From contig CAWKBC010000034.1 in assembly GCA_963847705.1 (NCBI GenBank), positions 160,001 through 224,000 of the forward strand: a stretch of 64,000 bases of DNA, in the 5' to 3' direction. Below, piece after piece: positions 19,421 through 27,008 of the stretch. This DNA comes from an uncultured Pseudomonadota bacterium (GTDB taxonomy: Bacteria > Myxococcota_A > Polyangia > Fen-1088). A program made the position numbers and the translations under genes. The notes beneath the pieces are model-generated. The model was not told the origin of the DNA. It did not search any database and was given only the letters and a program-made list of their open reading frames with translations. Each line of letters opens with the position of its first letter. The first letter of the stretch is position 1.

Positions 19421-19749
19421 AGAGGGACCGGCTCCCTCTTGGGACGCACGCGCTTCGGAACGCGCTGCTCATCGAGCAGCAGGCCCTGTTCGTCGCTGCT
19501 CGCATCAACCAAATCGCCTAGCGCATCGCCGAATCCAAGGACGAACAACGCCATCGCGTACACCCCCATCGACACGGTCGGGTCCCCTTTTTCGAGGCGC
19601 ACGTATGTGCTCTTGGCGACGCCCAAGCGTTCCGACATCATCGCGGTCGTCAGATGACGTTTGCGGCGCGCAAGCGCGAGGTCCGATCCGAATTTCTTTA
19701 GGGATCGCCGGACCTTGGCCGGAAGGACGTCGTGAACGGATGAGCGCAT
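19417..19749 (-). CDS. XRE-family HTH antitoxin (HipB-like)
   Basis: ARRKRHLT...ERLGVAKSTYVRLEKGDP HTH. Overlaps the hipA start by 4 bp. Confidence 0.88.
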   Translation of the reverse strand: MRSSVHDVLPAKVRRSLKKFGSDLALARRKRHLTTAMMSERLGVAKSTYVRLEKGDPTVSMGVYAMALFVLGFGDALGDLVDASSDEQGLLLDEQRVPKRVRPKREPVPL

Positions 19750-19759
19750 CGTAATGGCC

Positions 19760-19798
19760 TATATATGATTCCGTATGTCGGATTAGAATTCGTATATA
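19760..19798. promoter_or_regulatory. Putative operator/promoter of the HipBA-like operon
   Basis: AT-rich imperfect inverted repeat tatatatgattc ... gaattcgtatata directly upstream of the antitoxin start. Confidence 0.55.
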
Positions 19799-20198
19799 CT
19801 ACCTTACGGACGGTACAGCGCTAGCCCCAAAAGGTCGCTGTTCTTGAGGCGGCGGCGCAGCTCGACGTATTCTTCGACGCGCCTGTTCTCGGAGTCGGTA
19901 GGACCTTTGCTCTCCGCTGTGGGCTGCGGCACCACCCACCGATGGGTCGCGCTTCCGCTCCCGGTCAGGGTTCAGCTGAGGAGACCACTCCCAGCGATCG
20001 CGGTCCCCATTCAGGGCCATCGCCACCTGGCCGCTGACAAGTCAGGGTGGACGCGGTGGCTACATGTTGGCGAACCGACTGTCGTTTCGACCCAAGACCG
20101 ATGGATTTACTTCACCGGTACTTCAAGGCTCTGGCGAGAGCGATTCAGCCGTTCTCCCCCGACTGGAACCAGCCGACGATTCCAGCGACTTAGGTCGG

Positions 20199-20272
20199 TC
20201 GGGGCGAGAGGATTTGAACCTCCGACATTCTGCTCCCAAAGCAGACGCGCTACCAGGCTGCGCCACGCCCCG
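20199..20272 (-). tRNA. tRNA-Pro (anticodon TGG), CCA not encoded
   Basis: Minus strand reads cggggcgtggcgcagcctggtagcgcgtctgctttgggagcagaatgtcggaggttcaaatcctctcgccccga. It has acceptor stem cggggcg/cgccccg, a D loop, anticodon loop tt-tgg-ga and T loop ttcaaat. Confidence 0.97.
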
Positions 20273-20304
20273 TGGGGCGTGAATATACACGACCTGTGGG
20301 CGCA

Positions 20305-21006
20305 CTACTGCCCGCGATAGAGGTCGGGAAAGAGCTTCTGCAGGTGGGTCACCTTGGGGGCGTCGTTGAACATGATGTAGGGGTTGTCGGGGTGCAGGGT
20401 GGCGTAGTTCTGGTGGTAGGCCTCGGCCGGGTAGAACGCCTTGAGGGGGACGATCTCGGTGACGATGCGGTCGGGGAAGGCCTTCGCGCGACCGAGCTGG
20501 GCGACGTAGGCGTCGGTGACGCGCTTCTGATCGGCGTCGGTGTAGAAGACGACCGACCGGTACTGCGTCCCCTCGTCGGCCCCCTGGTGATTGAGCTCGG
20601 TCGGATCGTGCGCGACGGAGAAGAAGACCTTCAGGAGCTGGCCATAGGTCACCTGCGAGGGGTCGAAGGTGACCCGCACCGATTCGGCATGGCCGGTGTC
20701 GCCACCGCTGACCAGCTCGTACTTGGCGTTCTCGGCCGAGCCGCCGGCGTAGCCGGACGTCGCCTCGGTGACGCCCTTGACGTGCTGGAAGACGGCCTGG
20801 ACCCCCCAGAAGCAGCCGCCCGCGAAGACGACCGTCGACTTGCCGGGCTTGGCCCCGCGCGCGACGTCCACGGCGGGGGATGGCAGCGTGACCGCGTCGT
20901 GGGCGCCGGCGCGGGCGCAACTCGCGAATAGACCAACCGTGGTCAGCGCAACCATCGGCACTGCCAGGGCCAGCGCGCGTCTGAGCTTGCTCGAGTGAAA
21001 CGTCAT
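20305..21006 (-). CDS. msrA: Exported peptide-methionine (S)-S-oxide reductase
   Basis: FAGGCFWG, SGYAGG, GHAESV, HDPT, GTQYRS and AEAYHQNY, with an N-terminal signal/lipoprotein peptide. Confidence 0.95.
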   Translation of the reverse strand: MTFHSSKLRRALALAVPMVALTTVGLFASCARAGAHDAVTLPSPAVDVARGAKPGKSTVVFAGGCFWGVQAVFQHVKGVTEATSGYAGGSAENAKYELVSGGDTGHAESVRVTFDPSQVTYGQLLKVFFSVAHDPTELNHQGADEGTQYRSVVFYTDADQKRVTDAYVAQLGRAKAFPDRIVTEIVPLKAFYPAEAYHQNYATLHPDNPYIMFNDAPKVTHLQKLFPDLYRGQ

Positions 21007-21025
21007 CGGAACCTCCACCCAATGC

Positions 21026-21050
21026 TACGCGACAGCGGTCCGCCGGTTAC
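21026..21050 (-). promoter_or_regulatory. Putative ECF16/SigF-type promoter of msrA
   Basis: Minus strand GTAACC-N15-CGTA, 20 bp upstream of the ATG, with RBS ggagg. Confidence 0.55.
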
Positions 21051-21243
21051 GCGTGGCGCGAGTGCTCTGCGCGGAAGCCATCTGGGCCGAGCTCGACGGT
21101 CGACGACCACCCGGGCCCGTCCCGAAAAAATCACGTCTTCTTGGCAAACTGCGATTGCCTTAACTCAGCCGTCTGATACGGATGGTCGATGAAAATTCGA
21201 CCGTCTTCCCTTCGCCGCGCCCCGCCGCGCCGGGCGTGGTTGG

Positions 21244-22011
21244 TCAGACGCCGCCGTACCACTCGTAGCCCTGGTCGCTCCAGTAGCCGCCGTTCCGCTC
21301 GGGCAGGAAGAGGATGCGGGTCAGGTACTTGGTGTTCTTGTAGCCGAGCTTGACCGGCGAGTAGACGCGCGCCGGGGCGCCGAAGGCCGGGCCCAGGGGC
21401 GCGCCGTCCTGGCCGTAGACGATCAGCGTCTGCGGGTGGAGGGCGCTCTCGAGGTCCCAGCTCTCGTGATAGTCATCGTCGAAGGACTGGAAGTCGACGT
21501 AGCGCGCGTCGGGCGAGAGGCCCACGCGGCGGGCCAGCTCGCTGAGCTGCACGCCGGTCCTGACGGAGACGGCCGACCAGCCCTCGACGCAGAAGTGCTC
21601 GAGGCGCAGCTCGGTCCGCGGCAGGCGCATGAGGTCGCCGAGCGTGAGGCGCAGCGGGTGAGCCACCGCGCCGCCGATCTCCAGCCGCCAGACGCCGCGC
21701 TCCTTCTCGTCCCAGGTCGGGACCGCGTCCGCGATGAAGTAGGAGGGGAAGGCCGCGCCGGCCAGTTGCGCGCCCGGCGGCGCGACGTTCATGGCGGTGT
21801 GGCGGAAGAGCGCCCGCTCGAGCTTTTCGTTGAAGCGCTCGGAGGCGGCCAGGAGACCGGCGGCGCTCTTCGGGCCTTTGGAGTCGCAGCCGGCGAGCGC
21901 GAGCGCGGTCAACGCGCCAGCGCCGGTGATGAGACTGGCGCCGAGGAAGGTCCGGCGATCGATCCCCAGCCTCTCTGCGGCGTGGCGCGGCGGCAGCCAG
22001 AGCTTGCTCAC
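21244..22011 (-). CDS. Molybdopterin-dependent oxidoreductase (MsrP/YedY-like), Tat lipoprotein
   Basis: Tat motif DRRTFL, lipobox LAGC, Mo-ligand HFCVEGWS, ALHPQT, FGAPAR, KLGYKNTK and GGYWSDQGY. Confidence 0.88.
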   Translation of the reverse strand: MSKLWLPPRHAAERLGIDRRTFLGASLITGAGALTALALAGCDSKGPKSAAGLLAASERFNEKLERALFRHTAMNVAPPGAQLAGAAFPSYFIADAVPTWDEKERGVWRLEIGGAVAHPLRLTLGDLMRLPRTELRLEHFCVEGWSAVSVRTGVQLSELARRVGLSPDARYVDFQSFDDDYHESWDLESALHPQTLIVYGQDGAPLGPAFGAPARVYSPVKLGYKNTKYLTRILFLPERNGGYWSDQGYEWYGGV

Positions 22012-22018
22012 GACCTCT

Positions 22019-22966
22019 TCACGACGTCTTGGGTGGCTCTGAGACCGGCGGTTTGGGCGGCCCGGGCGGCGCCGGCGGATCTCCGGCTGGCGGTTCGGGG
22101 TGGGCCGGTTCGCCAGGAGACCTCGGCGGCGGCGGCTCGCTCTCCGGCTGCGGCGGGTTTCGCGGCTCCGTCACCGGCGGATTCTCCGCCGGCGGATCGA
22201 TCGGAGGCGGCGTTTCCGGCACCTCCCCGGAGGTCGCCGCAACCGACCCCGTCGCGGCGGCGTGCGGCCCGGCCCGCAGGTTCACGAACGGACGCGCGTT
22301 GCGCGCTTCGGGCGACTTCGATTCGTCGTAGCCGCCCGTGGTGATGGAGCGCAGCGAATAGGGATCGACCGCGAACACCATGAAGACATGCCCCAGCGTG
22401 AGCGCCACGAGAGCCAGCATAACCACGAAGTGCCAGTAGCGCGCCCAGACGTAGCCGCCCAGCAGATGTGTGAGCGGCGCCAGCTGCACCGGTTTCCAGA
22501 TCGCGACGCCCGAAATGACCGCCGCGGCGGCCACCCAGGGGAGCGCAAAATAGACGCTCCGCTGAAGCGCGTTGTGCTTCCCCTGGCGCGGGTGGACCTT
22601 TCGCCGCCCGAGATAGAACCTCACCATCTCCAGCGAGTCGCGGATGAGGCCGCGGCGGGGAACCAGATCGCGCCATTCACCGTGCAGGTAGATGAAGCCG
22701 AGATAGACGAGGCCGTTGACGACCAGCACCCACATGACCGCGAAGTGCCAGTGGCGCGCGCCGGCCAGCCAGCCGCCGAAGGTCAACCAGGCGGGGATGG
22801 CGTCGCCTTCGAACGGGTAACAGCAGAACGACTCCCCCTTGCGCGCGAACGCCGGGTAGGCGTTGAAGATGCGCAGGCCGCTGCCGATCATGATCACCAG
22901 CGCCAGCGCGTTCACCCAGTGGGTGAGGCGGACGATCCAATGATGGCGGGGGGTCGTCGTTTTCAT
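22019..22966 (-). CDS. Cytochrome b/b6-domain membrane protein (partner of the Mo enzyme) with Pro-rich tail
   Basis: RLTHW, SGLRIFNA, ARHWHF, KHNALQR, ARYWHF and GHV heme-His motifs. Confidence 0.88.
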   Translation of the reverse strand: MKTTTPRHHWIVRLTHWVNALALVIMIGSGLRIFNAYPAFARKGESFCCYPFEGDAIPAWLTFGGWLAGARHWHFAVMWVLVVNGLVYLGFIYLHGEWRDLVPRRGLIRDSLEMVRFYLGRRKVHPRQGKHNALQRSVYFALPWVAAAAVISGVAIWKPVQLAPLTHLLGGYVWARYWHFVVMLALVALTLGHVFMVFAVDPYSLRSITTGGYDESKSPEARNARPFVNLRAGPHAAATGSVAATSGEVPETPPPIDPPAENPPVTEPRNPPQPESEPPPPRSPGEPAHPEPPAGDPPAPPGPPKPPVSEPPKTS

Positions 22967-23032
22967 GTGCGCCTGCCGGGGGGCCACGAGGACGGGCGAG
23001 GTCCCCGATGAGATCGGCAAGTTGCGCGTGAG

Positions 23033-23206
23033 CTACTTGGCGTCTTCTCCGCTCATGCCACCCATTCCGCCCTCCTTCTTCTTCTTCTTCTTCGACTTCT
23101 TCTTGGTCTCTCCGCTGGCGCCGCCCATGCCTTCGGCGTGAGCGATCGTCCACGAGGTCGGCAGCAGTACCGCGAGCGTCAGAAACATTGCGCGAATCAA
23201 CTTCAT
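23033..23206 (-). CDS. Small secreted Lys/Gly/Met-rich peptide (copy 1, 57 aa)
   Basis: RBS aaaggaga, signal peptide ending AHA, mature part EGMGGASGETKKKSKKKKKKEGGMGGMSGEDAK. Paralog adjacent. Confidence 0.7.
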   Translation of the reverse strand: MKLIRAMFLTLAVLLPTSWTIAHAEGMGGASGETKKKSKKKKKKEGGMGGMSGEDAK

Positions 23207-23362
23207 GGTCATCTCCTTTGTTTCGTTTGTGACAAGGCGATCCAAATGGATCGCAATTGTCACTATAGGATCAAAGGAGGTCGATTGCGTAAGGAAGGCG
23301 CATTGCAAAGCCGGAGGTCATCGGGGACCGTGAGATCCCCGACGCCATCGGCATCTTGCGCG

Positions 23363-23539
23363 CTACTCCCCCTTCTTCTCGTCGCCCATGTCGCCCGAAC
23401 CGCCCGTGCCGCCCTTCTTCGACTTCTTCTTGCTCTTCTTCGACGGGCTCGAGCCGCCCGTGCCTTCGGCGTGGGCGATCGTCCACGAGGTGGGCAACAA
23501 CACGGCGAGCGTGAAGAACAGTGCGCGAATCAGTTTCAT
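23363..23539 (-). CDS. Small secreted Lys/Gly-rich peptide (copy 2, 58 aa)
   Basis: RBS aaggaga, near-identical signal peptide MKLIRALFFTLAVLLPTSWTIAHA and a Lys-run mature part. Confidence 0.7.
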   Translation of the reverse strand: MKLIRALFFTLAVLLPTSWTIAHAEGTGGSSPSKKSKKKSKKGGTGGSGDMGDEKKGE

Positions 23540-23600
23540 GGTGGTCTCCTTGTCTCGTTTGTTGGGACGCGGTCCGTTTGGACGCGCCCGACAATATGAG

Positions 23601-26300
23601 TCACCGGAGATCGAAGTCGTAGGGGAGACGCGCCGCAAATCCGGACCCGTTACCTTGAACCAGGAACGGCGCCAGCAGCCGCAGCGCTGCGCGCGCGTCG
23701 TCGGTCAGCAGCCTCGCCGGCGGCGCGACCGTCGGACCGATCAGCGGAGCGGACTCTTGCGGCGACTGCTCGTCTGAATCGGCCGCCGCGTCGACCAGTG
23801 AGCCGGCGGCCGGCCCACCTTCGGCCGGCCCACCTTCGGCCGGCCCACCTTGGGCCGACCCGCTTTCCAGCACCGAGGCCGCGCCCGCCAGCCGGCGCAA
23901 CAGGCCCCTCTGCTCGACCGGCAGCAGCGCCAGCTCCGGAAGCCGGTCGCGCCCGAGCGGCACACCGCCCAGGCGCGCTGCTTCATCGACCGCCGCCGAG
24001 ACACCGCCCAGCCGGTCGACCAGCCCCAGCTGCTGCCCCTGCGCGCCGGTCCAGATGTGCCCGCGGCCGAGCTCGTCGACCCGCGCGGCGGTGAGCCCGC
24101 GCGTGCGGCGCCCGTCGGCCACCGTCGCCACGAACAGCTGATAGAGGTGCTGAATCTGCTGCTCGGCCAGCGCGCGCTCGTCCTTGGTCCAGGGCCGGTA
24201 GGGCGACAGGAAGTCGGCGTGAGCCCCCCGCCGATAGGTCTCGACGTTGATCCCCAGCGTCCCCAGCAGCTTCTGGCCGTCGACCTTGTAGCCGAACACA
24301 CCGATCGATCCGGTCGTCGTCGAGGGCTCCGCGTAGATGACGTCGGCTGGCGCGGCGATGTAATAGCCGCCCGAGGCCGCCAGGTCGCCCATCGAGACGA
24401 CGATCGGCTTGCCAGCCTCGCGCACTTTCTTGATCTCGCGGGCGAGGACGTCCGAGGCGAAGGCCGAGCCGCCCGGGCTGTTCACCCGCAGGACGACCGC
24501 GGCGATGGTCGGGTCCCGCCGGCACTGCTCGAGCGCCGCGCCCAGCGTGTCGGAGCCGGCGAAGGCGCCCAGCCCGAACGGCAGCTCCGTGTTGGGGCCG
24601 TCGACCATCGTGCCGTCGACGAACAGCACGGCGACGCGGCGGCCCGGCCAGGCGGCCGGCGCCGGTGGAGAGGGATCAGGATCGCGCAGCTTGAGGCTGG
24701 CGCGGCCGAGCGCGTGCTGGACGAACGGCTCCAGATCCCCCTCGGCGGCGACGGCGTCGGCCAGCCCCGCCAGGTTGGCGTCGCCCGCCGAGAAGATGCC
24801 CCGGTCGATGAGGCCACGGACGATCGTGGCGTCCATCGGGTGGCCGGCGCGCGTGCGGTCGGTGGCGATCGCGGCCGTCAGGCGGGTGTAGATGTCGTCG
24901 AGCAGCTGGTTCTTGTTCTCGCGCACCGCCGGCGACTGCTCCGTCATCACGAACGGCTCCATCGCCCCCTTGAACGCCCCGACGCGCACCAGCTCCAGGC
25001 GGACGCCCAGGCGGTCCATGCCCTCCTTGTAAAAGGTGACGTTGCTGGCGACGCCGGTCACCGCCAGCTCGCCCGCGGGATGAATGAGGATGACGTCGCA
25101 GGCGGCGGCCAGGTAGTACTCGCGGGTCGACGGGAAGGTCAGGTAGCCGAAGGTTCGCTTGCCGTGCGCGCGCAAGAGCGCCACCAGGTCGCGCAGCTCC
25201 TCGAGGCGGGCGTAGCCGAGGTTGACCCCCTCGATCTTGAACAGCACGCCGGCCACGGCCGGATCGACCGCCAGCGCCCGCAGCCGGCGCACCAGCTGGA
25301 AGAAGTGACGATCGTCGTCGATCCCCTCGAGGCGCACGCGCGCGACATAGGCCGGCGCCGCCAGCGCTGGGCGCCGCTCGCCGTCGAGGTGGATGCGCCC
25401 GGCGATCCCGGCGCCGCTCCCGCCGGTGCTGGGAATGAGGATCGGGACGCCCACGACGGCGCCCAGGTGGTCGAAGTCGATCGCCAACCCGAAGGCGAGC
25501 CGGGTGTCGCTGCCGTCTCCGAAGGTCCCGCCCGTCCCCCGGGGGACGTTCTCCCCCTCGCCGTAGAGGCGAAGGCCGTCGACCAGGGTGACGGAGACGC
25601 GGGCGCGTGGCACCAGGCGATCCCAGTCGTCGGCGTTGGCGTGCGCGGCGCCGAGCGCCACCTCCAGCCGGGTGGTGCCGAGCGGTCGCAGCAGCAGCTC
25701 CGCCGTCCAGAGCCGCGGCAGCGTGGCACCGAAGGCGTTCGGGTGCGGCTGGCCGACATCCTCGACGGTGGCCCCGAGCGCGACGTAGCGCCCGGCGCGC
25801 GCCGAGAAGCCGAAGTCGAAGGTGTCGGCGCCGGCGAAGGAGCCATCCCAGATGTGCGCCCAGGAGACGCCCAGGGAGGCGTTGCGCAGGAAGTGCAGCG
25901 CGTAGGCGAGCTGCAGCGTCGTGTGCGCGTCGATCCCCACGGCGCTGGCGCCGATGACCCGCGACAGGCCCAGGCCCAGGGAGCTGCGCAGGAAGATCGG
26001 CAGGCCCAGGTAGGCGCCCAGGCCACGGCGGGGGACGACGGCGGGATCGGAGGCGTCGGCGCCGACCAGCTCCAGGCCGGCCGCCGGGAGAAATCCGAGC
26101 GCGCTCGGGTTCAGCTGGACGGCGGTGGCGTCGGCGTCGCCGGCGCGCGAACCGTCGGTGATGTAAGGCCCGCGGGTCGGCCGCAGCTCGGGATCGCTGG
26201 CCTGGGCCCGCGCCGGCCGCGCCGCCAGCAGCGGCAACGCCAGGAGCACCGCCAGAAGAGCGAGGACTCGACCACCGACGCCAGGAGGGCTCGAACGCAT
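23601..26300 (-). CDS. sppA: Signal peptide peptidase SppA (S49) with an N-terminal beta-barrel-like domain
   Basis: YYLAAACD, FKGAMEP, LRVNSPGGSA, SMGDLAASGGY, TGSIGV and GHIWTG. About 300 aa of N-terminal amphipathic beta-strands after a signal peptide. Confidence 0.9.
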   Translation of the reverse strand: MRSSPPGVGGRVLALLAVLLALPLLAARPARAQASDPELRPTRGPYITDGSRAGDADATAVQLNPSALGFLPAAGLELVGADASDPAVVPRRGLGAYLGLPIFLRSSLGLGLSRVIGASAVGIDAHTTLQLAYALHFLRNASLGVSWAHIWDGSFAGADTFDFGFSARAGRYVALGATVEDVGQPHPNAFGATLPRLWTAELLLRPLGTTRLEVALGAAHANADDWDRLVPRARVSVTLVDGLRLYGEGENVPRGTGGTFGDGSDTRLAFGLAIDFDHLGAVVGVPILIPSTGGSGAGIAGRIHLDGERRPALAAPAYVARVRLEGIDDDRHFFQLVRRLRALAVDPAVAGVLFKIEGVNLGYARLEELRDLVALLRAHGKRTFGYLTFPSTREYYLAAACDVILIHPAGELAVTGVASNVTFYKEGMDRLGVRLELVRVGAFKGAMEPFVMTEQSPAVRENKNQLLDDIYTRLTAAIATDRTRAGHPMDATIVRGLIDRGIFSAGDANLAGLADAVAAEGDLEPFVQHALGRASLKLRDPDPSPPAPAAWPGRRVAVLFVDGTMVDGPNTELPFGLGAFAGSDTLGAALEQCRRDPTIAAVVLRVNSPGGSAFASDVLAREIKKVREAGKPIVVSMGDLAASGGYYIAAPADVIYAEPSTTTGSIGVFGYKVDGQKLLGTLGINVETYRRGAHADFLSPYRPWTKDERALAEQQIQHLYQLFVATVADGRRTRGLTAARVDELGRGHIWTGAQGQQLGLVDRLGGVSAAVDEAARLGGVPLGRDRLPELALLPVEQRGLLRRLAGAASVLESGSAQGGPAEGGPAEGGPAAGSLVDAAADSDEQSPQESAPLIGPTVAPPARLLTDDARAALRLLAPFLVQGNGSGFAARLPYDFDLR

Positions 26301-26378
26301 CGCCGCCCGCGGAGTATAGTGCCCAAACCGCCAGCGAGAGCGAGCAACGGCGAGCAAAGAACCAGGACCAACGCGCAG

Positions 26379-27008
26379 ATGGACGCAGACACCACCAAGA
26401 GCTGGGATCGGCCCCCTTCCGACATCGCGCTGCCGGAGCTGTTCGAGCAGTGGCTGCCGGGAGCGTTCGCGGCGACCCGTCAGCGCGCGCCGGCGGGGAC
26501 GCCGCTCCTGCGGGTGACGGTCTCGGGCAGCGGGGGCGGCGCCTGGGAGCTGGCGCTCGAGGGCGATCGGCTCCGCGTGGAGCCGCCCGGGCGCGATTCG
26601 CCCGACATCTGGATCCGCCTCTCGGTCGCCGATCTGCGGCTGGTGCTGGGGGCCGCCGATCCCGACCTGCCGCCGATCGTCTCGGCCGACTGGTCGGCGC
26701 ACCACTTCCTGACCGTCAATCCGAACGAGATCGATCTGGTGCGGCAGATCTCCGGACGTCTATTGCTGGAGATCGAGGGGCGGCGGCGGCGGCGGTTCGC
26801 GCTCGACCTGGGGTTCGGCAAGGCGGGGGTCAGCGCCGGGCGGCCGCGCACCACGGTGCGCCTCGACGCCGCGACGTTCGAGGGGCTGCGCAGCGGCGCG
26901 CTTCCGCCGATGCAGCCGCTCATCGACGGACGGATCAAGCTCGAGGGCGATCGGGCGCTGGCGATGCAGCTAATGCTGCTGGTCGGGAGTCGGCTCGGCC
27001 GGCGCTGA
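26379..27008 (+). CDS. SCP2 sterol-binding-domain protein (two SCP2-like repeats)
   Basis: GGGAW.L...PDIWIRLS and TTVRLDAATF...G.LPPMQ....GRIKLEGD.ALAMQL. Confidence 0.7.
   Translation: MDADTTKSWDRPPSDIALPELFEQWLPGAFAATRQRAPAGTPLLRVTVSGSGGGAWELALEGDRLRVEPPGRDSPDIWIRLSVADLRLVLGAADPDLPPIVSADWSAHHFLTVNPNEIDLVRQISGRLLLEIEGRRRRRFALDLGFGKAGVSAGRPRTTVRLDAATFEGLRSGALPPMQPLIDGRIKLEGDRALAMQLMLLVGSRLGRR

Larger units (their letters stand above)
8701..20240. mobile_element. Decayed genomic island at tRNA-Pro(TGG), about 11.5 kb, no integrase visible
   Basis: Direct repeats of the tRNA 3' half at both ends. Cargo includes a TA pair, oxidoreductases and multiple gene remnants, and parts have visibly more A/T in codons. 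Confidence 0.65.

Noticed and set aside
19799-20198. Integrase next to the tRNA
   Set aside because: No tyrosine- or serine-recombinase motifs are recognisable in the short ORFs here.
23808-23856. 15-bp repeats (GGPAE x3) in sppA
   Set aside because: A short in-frame linker expansion with no evidence of separate function.
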